Below, one piece after another: positions 1-9,700 of a stretch of DNA of 32,000 nucleotides. The notes under the pieces are model-generated. The model was not told the origin of the DNA. It made no database searches and worked only from the letters and a program-made list of their open reading frames with translations. The DNA is from Desulfotalea psychrophila LSv54 (GTDB taxonomy: Bacteria > Desulfobacterota > Desulfobulbia > Desulfobulbales > Desulfocapsaceae), in assembly GCF_000025945.1 (NCBI RefSeq), contig NC_006138.1, positions 2,400,001-2,432,000 of the forward strand, in the 5' to 3' direction. The translations under genes and the position numbers were made by a program. Each line of letters opens with the position of its first letter. Within the stretch, counting starts at the first letter, position 1.

Positions 1-2784
1 TCTGTGAATTTCACTGTTACTAACGCTGATCTCGGTAGCGACGGTGCCAAGGCATTGACTACACAGTTAACCGATATGGCTGGCAATGTGGGCATTATCA
101 GCAATGCGATGGACTTCACCCTTGATACCACCCTACCAGCTGCACCGACCTTAGCCGAACTCACTAGCACCGATCTGGGCGACACTCTCATGAATGCTGC
201 TGAGTCGCTATCAACAGACTTCCAAGCAACACTACCAACAACAGGTTCACTTGCAGTGGCAGGTGACAGCATCGAGTTGCTTCTTGATGGCAGCTCATTT
301 GCAACAGCAAAGACGGTGATACTTTCTGCAGACGACATCACTAACGGCTCTGTGAATTTCACTGTTACTAACGCTGATCTCGGTAGCGACGGTGCCAAGG
401 CATTGACTACACAGTTAACCGATATGGCTGGCAATGTGGGCATTATCAGCAATGCGATGGACTTCACCCTTGATACCACCCTACCAGCTGCACCGACCTT
501 AGCCGAACTCACTAGCACCGATCTGGGCGACACTCTCATGAATGCTGCTGAGTCGCTATCAACAGACTTCCAAGCAACACTACCAACAACAGGTTCACTT
601 GCAGTGGCAGGTGACAGCATCGAGTTGCTTCTTGATGGCAGCTCATTTGCAACAGCAAAGACGGTGATACTTTCTGCTGATGACATCACTAACGGCTCTG
701 TGAATTTCACTGTTACTAACGCTGATCTCGGTAGCGACGGTGCCAAGGCATTGACTACACAGTTAACCGATATGGCTGGCAATGTGGGCATTATCAGCAA
801 TGCGATGGACTTCACCCTTGATACCACCCTACCAGCTGCACCGACCTTAGCCGAACTCACTAGCACCGATTTGGGCGACACTCTCATGAATGCTGCTGAG
901 TCGCTATCAACAGACTTCCAAGCAACACTACCAACAACAGGTTCACTTGCAGTGGCAGGTGACAGCATCGAGTTGCTTCTTGATGGCAGCTCATTTGCAA
1001 CAGCAAAAACGGTGATACTTTCTGCTGATGACATCACTAACGGCTCTGTGAATTTCACTGTTACTGACGCTGATCTCGGTAGCGACGGTGCCAAGGCATT
1101 GACTACACAGTTAACCGATATTGCTGGCAATGTGGGCATTATCAGCAATGCGATGGACTTCACCCTTGATACCACCCTGGCAGCTGCACCGACCTTAGCC
1201 GAACTCACTAGCACCGATCTGGACGACGCTCTCATGAATGCTGCTGAGTCTCTATCAACAGACTTTCGAGCAACACTGCCAACAACAGGTTCACTTGCGG
1301 TAGAAGGTGACAGCATCGAGTTGCTTCTTGATGGTAGCTCATTTGCAACAGCAAAGACGGTGATACTTTCTGCTGATGACATTACTAACGGCTTTGTGAA
1401 TTTCACTGTTACTAACGCTGATCTCGGTAGCGACGGTGCCAAGGCATTGACTACACAGTTAACCGATATGGCTGGCAATCTGGGCATTATCAGCAATGCG
1501 ATGGACTTCACCCTTGATACCACCCTACCAGCTGCACCGACCTTAGCCGAGCTCACTAGCACCGATCTGGACGACACTCTCATTAATGCTGCTGAGTCTC
1601 TATCAACAGACTTTCGAGCAACACTGCCAACAACAGGTTCACTTGCAGTGGCAGGTGACAGCATCGAGTTGCTTCTTGATGGCAGTTCATTTGCAACAGC
1701 AAAGACGGTGATACTTTCTGCTGATGACATTACTAACGGCTTTGTGAATTTCACTGTTACTGACGCTGATCTCGGTAGCGACGGTGCCAAGGCATTGACT
1801 ACACAGTTAACCGATATGGCTGGCAATCTGGGCATTATCAGCAATGCGATGGACTTCACCCTTGATACCACCCTACCAGCTGCACCGACCTTAGCCGAAC
1901 TCACTAGCACCGATTTGGGCGACACTCTCATGAATGCTGCTGAGTCTCTATCAACAGACTTTCGAGCAACACTACCAACAACAGGTTCACTTGCGGTAGA
2001 AGGTGACAGCATCGAGTTGCTTCTTGATGGTAGCTCATTTGCAACAGCAAAGACGGTGATACTTTCTGCTGATGACATTACTAACGGCTTTGTGAATTTC
2101 ACTGTTACTGACGCTGATCTCGGTAGCGACGGTGCCAAGGCATTGACTACACAGTTAACCGATATTGCTGGCAATGTGGGCATTATCAGCAATGCGATGG
2201 ACTTCACCCTTGATACCACCCTGGCAGCTGCACCGACCTTAGCCGAACTCACTAGCACCGATCTGGACGACGCTCTCATGAATGCTGCTGAGTCTCTATC
2301 AACAGACTTTCGAGCAACACTGCCAACAACAGGTTCACTTGCGGTAGAAGGTGACAGCATCGAGTTGCTTCTTGATGGTAGCTCATTTGCAACAGCAAAG
2401 ACGGTGATACTTTCTGCTGATGACATTACTAACGGCTTTGTGAATTTCACTGTTACTAACGCTGATCTCGGTAGCGACGGTGCCAAGGCATTGACTACAC
2501 AGTTAACCGATATGGCTGGCAATCTGGGCATTATCAGCAATGCGATGGACTTCACCCTTGATACCACCCTACCAGCTGCACCGACCTTAGCCGAGCTCAC
2601 TAGCACCGATCTGGACGACACTCTCATTAATGCTGCTGAGTCTCTATCAACAGACTTTCGAGCAACACTACCAACAACAGGTTCACTTGCAGTGGCAGGT
2701 GACAGCATCGAGTTGCTTCTTGATGGCAGTTCATTTGCAACAGCAAAGACGGTGATACTTTCTGCAGACGACATTACTAACGGC
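1..2784 (+). repeat. Eight tandem 348-bp (116-aa) Ig-like repeat units, with a partial ninth to about 2900
   Basis: The TCT/TTT-GTG-AAT-TTC boundary recurs at 1, 349, 697, 1045, 1393, 1741, 2089, 2437 and 2785, exactly every 348 bp. Confidence 0.97.
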
Positions 2785-5709
2785 TCTGTGAATTTCACTG
2801 TTACTGACGCTGATCTCGGTAGCGACGGTGCCAAGGCATTGACTACACAGTTGGCTGATGTGGCTGGTAATGTGGGCATTACCAGCAATGCGGTCGATTT
2901 TACTCTTGATATGACAGTCGCGCCCCCAAACTTTGCCTTGGCAACGGACAGCGGTAGCAGTAACAGCGATGGGATCACAAAGAATGGCATGGTTAATGTC
3001 ACTCTGGCAGGCGACGTTGCCAGCTGGGAGTACAGCCTTGACGCTGGCAGCAGTTGGAATAATGGTTCGGGTAGCAGTTTCGCCCTGACCGATAATACAG
3101 ACTACCCTGCTGGTGCGATTCAGGTGCGCCAGGCCGACAGGGCTGGAAACCTCAGTAGCACCGCCAGCAATCCCGGCACCATTAAGGTCGACACTATTAG
3201 CCTTACAACGGGAAGTATTTTCGGTCTGGATACAAGCTTTGGCGGCGGCGATGGTCGTACCTTTATCGATGGAGGGAGCAGGGCTGACGAAGGAAATCAT
3301 GCGACAATCAACGAGGTCGCTGATGAAAAATACGTCATCAGCGGGCAAAACCAGACAAAGGCCAATTTTTTTGTCGCCCGGGTCAATGTCGATGGTAGCA
3401 CAGATAGCAGCTTTGGGGGTGGGGACGGGGTGGCGACCGCCAAAGTGACTACAGATGTAAAACAATACCAATACATCTATGGCGAATCGGTCGTTGACGC
3501 CAAGGGCAATATTTATATCCCTGGCGTGATTTCTGGTGGGACATATTATAATGATGCCGTTGTTGCTAAAATTAGCGCAGATGGAAGCCTCGATAGCAGC
3601 TTTGGTGGAGACGGCTTTGTCTTAAATAATTTTGGCAGGACCGACAAGGCGGAGACTGCCTGTGCTGTAGCGGTTCAGACAGACGGCAAAGTGATCATGG
3701 GCGGTCGTGTACAGAATGAACGTACACTGGATAGCGCAATCGCCCGTTACAATCCCGACGGCAGCCTCGATACCGACTTCGGTAGCGGCGGGAACGCTAT
3801 CTTTGACCTTGCACCTGGGAAGCATGACTCTGTTCAGGATATCGAGATCCAGGCCGATGGAAAACTCATGTTCACCGGCAGTCTTGATGACAACACATAT
3901 CTCCTGCGTCTCAACTCCGATGGTAGTCGCGACGCCAGCTTCGGAGGTGGTGATGGTTTTATCTCTGCGGATATACATTCAGGCTTATACGACTCTATCC
4001 TTGATACCGCCATCGATGGGGTAGGAAACATCTATGTCTTAACAAACGGTTCACGTGCCCTCAACGTGGCTCGATTCAACGCTAAGGGAGAACTGGACAT
4101 AGGCTGGGCCGGGGATGGTATCGCTACCCTTAGCACCGATGGTTACGCGAGCAACCGCGGTGGCGGGATTGCCTTTGATTCCAGCGGGAAAATCATAATT
4201 TCTTCTGGCTTTAACTCTTCAACCACAGGCGGATTAGACAGCGTCATTATGCGCCTAGACAGAGATGGCAATCTCGATGCCAGCTTTGCTGACAATGGCG
4301 TCTTCGCAGCTGATCTTTCAGGAAATGGCGGCGCGGATGAAGCGTACGATGTCATCGTCGATGCCAATGACAATATTGTAATCGGTGGTTACGTTAATAC
4401 TGGCGGGGAAACAGGTAAAGATTTCATGATCGCTCGTCTGACTGACTCTATGGACACCAGTATTGCTGATGGGGCAAAGGGTGTGGCCGCCAATCTTGGC
4501 CTCACCATGACCTTTACGGAAAGTATTGGCCTGGGAAGCGGTAATATCAAGCTGGTGGACGATACGGACGCCAGCAACACGATCACTATCGATGTCGGCA
4601 ATCATGCCGGTCAGTTGGCTATTAGCGACGGTAAATTGATGATTACCCCCTCATCCCCAATGGATAGCCTCAGCAAGTACCATCTGGAGATCGAGGATGG
4701 GGCAGTGACTGACCTGGCAGGAAATGGCTACGCAGGTATTTCTGATCCTGCCACATTAAATTTTACGACGGCGACAGGATCACTGGCTCCTGTTGCAATT
4801 GATCTCACCAATGACGGTCTTAGCTTCATTGGTTTAGGTCAGAGCACGATTTTTTATGATTACACGGCAGATGATATCGGTGATCGAACAGCATGGGTTG
4901 GTGCCGATGATGGTCTGCTGATCATTGATCTATTGGGTGATAGCAGCGTGACGGATCGTTCTGAATTTGTCTTTACTGATCACGCACCCGATGCAGGGAC
5001 CGATATGGAGGCTCTTCAACAGGTTTTTGATACCAATCAAGACAACTATCTTAATCATGCTGACGAGCAGTGGAGTAAATTTGCGATCTGGCAGGACCTC
5101 AACAGCAATGGGGTGAGCGAAACAGGTGAAGTGCGCACTTTAGATGAGTGGGGCATTGAACGTATCAGTCTTATAAATGATGGTGAAAGTTATCTGGCCG
5201 CTGATGGTGTTTATGTACATGGCCATAGCGAAGTTGTAATGAGTGATGGAACCACCACCACTGCTGCCGACAGTGAATTTAGCTTTGATATATCAACGCA
5301 GACAGATAGCAGTGATATCCCGTTGCTAGAAGTGAACAGCGCCCTGCCAGTGGATACAACGTTCGTAGCATTCGACCTGATCGAGGATGTATCCTCTGAC
5401 TCAAGCGGGCGATCTTTTAAGAGCGAAGCCGGGTATGATATTGATATTAAAGGCGCGAGCGGTGCGGAGCAGTTGAACACGGATGGCGAAGAGCTGGGAG
5501 CAACAGTCTTGTGGGACGAAGCCAACTTATTGTCTGGTAACGATAGCGTCATCTTGGTAGGTACGGGAGCGGTTGTTCACAAGAGTGATGGTGGACTAGC
5601 CTCTATATGCAGCTTAGCCGGTACCGTACTATCTGCTATCGGGTCAGATAGCCAAATATATCCTATAGCTATGCCAATGAATATTTTTACCAGCCAGGGG
5701 CTCGCGTAA
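1..5709 (+). CDS. Giant repetitive secreted protein/adhesin, 5'-truncated by window start (tandem Ig-like repeats, delta-60 repeat propeller-like region, Ig-like domain, EF-hand-like module, shared C-terminal module)
   Basis: Frame is open from base 1. Eight full 116-aa tandem repeats, FGGDG-type delta-60 repeats, a Ca-binding-like DTNQDNYLNHAD motif, and a C-terminus matching that of the next giant ORF. Confidence 0.93.
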   Translation, partial: SVNFTVTNADLGSDGAKALTTQLTDMAGNVGIISNAMDFTLDTTLPAAPTLAELTSTDLGDTLMNAAESLSTDFQATLPTTGSLAVAGDSIELLLDGSSFATAKTVILSADDITNGSVNFTVTNADLGSDGAKALTTQLTDMAGNVGIISNAMDFTLDTTLPAAPTLAELTSTDLGDTLMNAAESLSTDFQATLPTTGSLAVAGDSIELLLDGSSFATAKTVILSADDITNGSVNFTVTNADLGSDGAKALTTQLTDMAGNVGIISNAMDFTLDTTLPAAPTLAELTSTDLGDTLMNAAESLSTDFQATLPTTGSLAVAGDSIELLLDGSSFATAKTVILSADDITNGSVNFTVTDADLGSDGAKALTTQLTDIAGNVGIISNAMDFTLDTTLAAAPTLAELTSTDLDDALMNAAESLSTDFRATLPTTGSLAVEGDSIELLLDGSSFATAKTVILSADDITNGFVNFTVTNADLGSDGAKALTTQLTDMAGNLGIISNAMDFTLDTTLPAAPTLAELTSTDLDDTLINAAESLSTDFRATLPTTGSLAVAGDSIELLLDGSSFATAKTVILSADDITNGFVNFTVTDADLGSDGAKALTTQLTDMAGNLGIISNAMDFTLDTTLPAAPTLAELTSTDLGDTLMNAAESLSTDFRATLPTTGSLAVEGDSIELLLDGSSFATAKTVILSADDITNGFVNFTVTDADLGSDGAKALTTQLTDIAGNVGIISNAMDFTLDTTLAAAPTLAELTSTDLDDALMNAAESLSTDFRATLPTTGSLAVEGDSIELLLDGSSFATAKTVILSADDITNGFVNFTVTNADLGSDGAKALTTQLTDMAGNLGIISNAMDFTLDTTLPAAPTLAELTSTDLDDTLINAAESLSTDFRATLPTTGSLAVAGDSIELLLDGSSFATAKTVILSADDITNGSVNFTVTDADLGSDGAKALTTQLADVAGNVGITSNAVDFTLDMTVAPPNFALATDSGSSNSDGITKNGMVNVTLAGDVASWEYSLDAGSSWNNGSGSSFALTDNTDYPAGAIQVRQADRAGNLSSTASNPGTIKVDTISLTTGSIFGLDTSFGGGDGRTFIDGGSRADEGNHATINEVADEKYVISGQNQTKANFFVARVNVDGSTDSSFGGGDGVATAKVTTDVKQYQYIYGESVVDAKGNIYIPGVISGGTYYNDAVVAKISADGSLDSSFGGDGFVLNNFGRTDKAETACAVAVQTDGKVIMGGRVQNERTLDSAIARYNPDGSLDTDFGSGGNAIFDLAPGKHDSVQDIEIQADGKLMFTGSLDDNTYLLRLNSDGSRDASFGGGDGFISADIHSGLYDSILDTAIDGVGNIYVLTNGSRALNVARFNAKGELDIGWAGDGIATLSTDGYASNRGGGIAFDSSGKIIISSGFNSSTTGGLDSVIMRLDRDGNLDASFADNGVFAADLSGNGGADEAYDVIVDANDNIVIGGYVNTGGETGKDFMIARLTDSMDTSIADGAKGVAANLGLTMTFTESIGLGSGNIKLVDDTDASNTITIDVGNHAGQLAISDGKLMITPSSPMDSLSKYHLEIEDGAVTDLAGNGYAGISDPATLNFTTATGSLAPVAIDLTNDGLSFIGLGQSTIFYDYTADDIGDRTAWVGADDGLLIIDLLGDSSVTDRSEFVFTDHAPDAGTDMEALQQVFDTNQDNYLNHADEQWSKFAIWQDLNSNGVSETGEVRTLDEWGIERISLINDGESYLAADGVYVHGHSEVVMSDGTTTTAADSEFSFDISTQTDSSDIPLLEVNSALPVDTTFVAFDLIEDVSSDSSGRSFKSEAGYDIDIKGASGAEQLNTDGEELGATVLWDEANLLSGNDSVILVGTGAVVHKSDGGLASICSLAGTVLSAIGSDSQIYPIAMPMNIFTSQGLA
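3226..4440 (+). other. Delta-60 repeat region (7 units), probable beta-propeller
   Basis: Seven recurrences of [LTR]D.[SD]F[GA]..G preceded by ARxNxDG-type segments and followed by ..DGKI.I.G: LDTSFGGGDG, TDSSFGGGDG, LDSSFGGDG, LDTDFGSGG, RDASFGGGDG, LDIGWAGDG, LDASFADNG. Confidence 0.75.
4783..5300 (+). other. RTX-protein-type 'VAIDLTNDG...WQDLNSNG' module with EF-hand-like Ca2+ loop
   Basis: Translated APVAIDLTNDGLSFIGL...GLLIIDLLGD...DTNQDNYLNHADEQWSKFAIWQDLNSNGVSETGEVRTLDEWGI resembles modules common in type I-secreted RTX proteins. Confidence 0.7.
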
Positions 5710-5807
5710 ACCACATTCTTGGGTGCTGTAAAACAGAAATTGCCTAGCAGATTCATCAGGACCGGGCATGTGACATGTCGGGACATCAGCTCTAGCAGTT
5801 AGTGTCC

Positions 5808-6045
5808 CGATATATTGGCGTAGTAGCCGCGGATGTCGGTTTTGCAGGCATAGATAGCACACCGCCCGTGATCCACTGGTGGGCTTGGCGTACCGCCGCT
5901 TTATGGCCACTGTGATCCTTACTGTAGGTGAATGACAGGGTAAAGTCCTCTGCGGCATCTGGATGAGCAATTTGAGAACCAGAGCATCGTGCGCAGTACA
6001 ATTGTTTCGCCATCGGTGCGGGTGACCGTCTGCATGGGGGCAAGA
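5808..6045 (-). pseudogene. Possible degraded reverse-transcriptase fragment
   Basis: On the minus strand, KDHSGHKAAVRQAHQWITGG is followed after a frame change by CAIYACKTDIRGYYANIS, resembling the RT motif ..(V/L)KTD(I/V)xxYYxxIDH. The frame is broken on both sides. Confidence 0.35.
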
Positions 6046-6303
6046 ACTACGTGATCGACCCCGGTTTGATCGGGGCGATACTCACGTCGCAAGGGCTGGC
6101 ATGATTCATTGCTGTAGGCCAGTGATCGATCCCGCCACCGTCCGGCGCAGATGCCAGATATCGGCGTTAGGCAGGAAGGGTAAGCAGATGATTGATGGGA
6201 TTACCTGATTTCAGTCAATGAGCAATTGACTAGTAGTATCTGAGGCTAATCTAAATAACTATAGCTGACGTCATAATTTATTGCCTTTTATGGTTTGCAA
6301 TTC

Positions 6304-6325
6304 AAGCCTGACAGGCTTTTTTTTT
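6304..6325 (+). terminator. Short candidate intrinsic terminator after the first adhesin region
   Basis: AAGCC-TGACA-GGCTT followed by a T-tract. Confidence 0.4.
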
Positions 6326-6772
6326 GCCCGAAATTCTATCATTTTGCTGGGCTTTGAGCCAACAAGAGGTTGCTGAGGCGGCGGGGATTGGATCGTTGAT
6401 TGGTGGGGACAGAGGCAAGGCCTGCAAGCCTTTCCTCTGCTAAATTTCATGCAATAAATAGTTAGAGTTATTTCTTGATTATTTTGAGTACACCTGCTAT
6501 TAACTTAAAATCATTCAGATTTTTTTAAAAATAGTTACTTTTGATATGTAGCTTTTTTACGCCAATCTAAAAGTGGGAACGAACATACTTTTAAAATAAG
6601 TTTTTTTGTGAAAAAAAGCCATATGACTCTTGCCAGAAAAGGCCATTGTCGGGTTTTTTCCCTGCTGCAACACAGGCCAACCAATCGCAGGGGACCCAAT
6701 AATTAAATAGAGAGAGACGGGCCACCATATAAAATTTTTGCTAAGAAAATATCTTAGATACTGGGATGAATA

Positions 6773-9700
6773 ATGAAGAGATTAATACTAATCGAAGTAT
6801 TGGCTGGCGGAGAAGTAGTCGAACATTCATTACAATCGGCATCCTTTAAGGCTCAGGCGGGTGCGACCTATACCCTCCTCGACCAGGACCACAGCATCCC
6901 GGACAATCTCATCATAAAACGAAGCGGCGATAATCTTGACATTGAAATCGATGAAGAGCCTATTGCCCAAATTGAAGATTTCTATGGCCAGGACCTTGGG
7001 GCGATATACAGTGTCGATGGCTCCCTGACCCCCGCTGAGGGGATGGCCATCACCGGCACTGAGACCACAACGGCTGGCCCAACGGATGAAATCGTCTGGC
7101 AGGCCTCCGAAGGGGCAGAGTCAATCAGCCCGTGGGTTTGGGCCGGTGGCCTGTTGGGTGCCGGCGGTATCGCCATGGCAGCAGGCGGAGGCAGTTCAGA
7201 TGGTAGTAGCTTAGCAGATAAGGGTAGCGCCAGCCACGACGTTACCGTCAGGGCTGTTGCCGGTCCCTTTCTGGCCACTTCCCATGCGCTGGTTGAGTTT
7301 TACGATGACGGAGGCAATCAACTCGGCACTGGTAAATTTGAGACCAACGGCCAGGTTAAACTCAGCATTGGAGACTATAAGGGGGCAATTCTTGTCAAGG
7401 TAATTGACAACAATGAGGGTGCAGGGGATTACCTCGATGAGGCCAGCGGCCTTTCTCTCAGCCTCGGCGCGCCCCTGCGCGCCATGGGCTATGCCGATGG
7501 AAACGGTGATGTCTATATCAGCGTTACCCCTCTGACCGAGCTTGCGGCACGGCAGGCCGGCATCACTGGCAATGAGGTCAACGAAGCCGATCTTGCTGTC
7601 AACGATCAGATCGCAGAACTCTTTGCCGTTGAAGATATCCTGGCCCCCGTTGTCACCGTTGTCGATGATGCCTACGACAGCAGCGACGAGATCAATGAGA
7701 CGGCAGAACACTATGGTGAGATCCTCGCCCAGCTGTCCGGTGCCGATAAGACCAGCGGAGGACTAACCGATACCCTCGACAAATTAAAAGACGCCATTAC
7801 CGTGCAGGATGGAAGCTTAGCCTTGAGCCAGGAGGGGGTTGAATTACTGGCCGACGGTGTCGATGCTTTTGAAGACGGAATTAACGCCGGTAAAGCCGAC
7901 CTCGGTAGCAGCCTCATCCAGCCACCCCTGATCGAAGCGGCCAGGGATGGCATTAATGCTGCCGAGAAAGATGCCGGCGTCGTTGTGAAAATAAGCGGAG
8001 TTGAAGTAGGCGACAGAATCACCCTCCATTGGGGAGAGGAAATCCTTAATATTCTTCCCACAGATATTGATGACAAGGGGATGGGCACCGTTATGGTTCC
8101 CGCCAGCAAGATTGGGGATGCAGGTGATGGTTCAATTGCCGTCCAGTATCAGATCAACGACGGTAATAAGAGTCCGGCCGTTATAATTGAGGTCGATACC
8201 AGCGCTCCGACCATCACCAGTGGCGACAGCGCCACCGCCATAGATGAAAATTCTGTTGCCGATCAAGTGATCTACACGGCAACGTCGACAGATACCACTG
8301 ACACCGCAACAGGAGCAACGGTTTACAGTCTCAAAGCGGGTAGTGATGCAGGCTTAACCATTGATGGTAGCACGGGCGAAGTCAAGCTGGTAATCAGCCC
8401 GAACTTTGAAGCGAAGCCTAGCTACAGCTTCACTGTGGTCGCGACTGATGCCGCCGGTAACAGCAGTGAGCAGACTGTCAGCTTGGCGATAACCGATCTT
8501 GACGAAATCGCCCCAACGGCTCCGACTCTCGGGACCTCCAACGGCACGGAACTCAGCGGTGTTGCCGAAGCCGGCAGTAGCGTGACCGTTTATGCCGCTG
8601 ATGGCACCACAGTTTTGGGGACCACCATGGCTGATGCCAGCAGCGGCGCCTACACCTTTAGCCCGAATCCTTTGACTGATGGTAAAACCGGTAGTGTGGT
8701 CACGACCGATACTGCAGGCAACGTCAGTGCCGTCATGGAGATTACAGCAGTCGACGGCACCGCACCTGGCGCTCCAACTCTCGGGACCTCTAACGGCACG
8801 GAACTTAGCGGTGTTGCCGAAGCCGGCAGTAGCGTGACCGTTTATGCCGCCGATGGCACCACAGTTTTGGCGACCACTACGGCCGATGCCAGCAGCGGTG
8901 CCTACAGTTTTAGCCCGAATCCTTTGACTGACGGTAAAACCGGTAGTGTGGTCACGACCGATACTGCAGGCAACGTCAGTGCCGTCACGGAGATTACAGC
9001 AGTCGACGCCACCGCACCTGGCGCCCCGACTCTCGGGATCTCCAATGGCACGGAACTCAGCGGTGTTGCCGAAGCCGGCAGTAGCGTGACCGTTTATGCG
9101 GCCGATGGCACCACAGTTTTGAAGACCACCACGGCTGATGCCAGCAGCGGAGCCTACACCTTTAGCCCGAATCCTTTGACTGATGGCAAAACCGGTAGCG
9201 TGGTCACGACCGATTCAGCAGGCAACGTCAGTGCCGTCACGGAGATTACAGCAGTCGACGCCACCGCATCTGGCGCTCCGACTCTCGGGACCTCCAATGG
9301 CACGGAACTCAGCGGTGTTGCCGAAGCCGGCAGTAGCGTGACCGTTTATGCCGCCGATGGCACCACAGTTTTGGGGACCACAACGGCCGATGCCACCAGC
9401 GGTGCCTACAGTTTTAGCCCGAATCCTTTGACTGATGGCAAAACTGGTAGCGTGGTCACGACCGATTCAGCAGGCAACGTCAGTGCCGTCACGGAGATTA
9501 CAGCAGTCGACGCCACCGCACCGACGGCCAAATTCGGCACAGCTACCGACAATATCGGCAGTGTAACCGGTAACTTAAGCAGTGGCGACACTACCGACGA
9601 CACCGTCCTGGCCCTCAGTGGTAGCTGCGAGGCCGGTTCTACGATCAAGGTCTACAGCGGCACCACCGAACTTGGCGATGCCACCGTCAGCGGTAGCAGT

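Noticed and set aside
1-2900. Regular spaced repeats considered as CRISPR
   Set aside because: The repeats are 348 bp, contiguous, in frame and protein-coding, with no short repeat/spacer alternation or cas genes.
3226-4440. FGGGDG motifs as RTX nonapeptides
   Set aside because: Spacing is about 55-60 aa with a delta-60 pattern, not tandem 9-aa GGxGxD repeats.
5577-6043. Minus-strand ORFs 5577-5786 and 5792-6043, and plus-strand 5644-5970 track ORFs, as genuine genes
   Set aside because: Short, no start-site support, and overlapping broken frames of a probable remnant.
6600-6772. c-di-GMP (GEMM) riboswitch upstream of second adhesin
   Set aside because: Key conserved GEMM elements were not found by eye; only a generic GC-rich hairpin is supportable.
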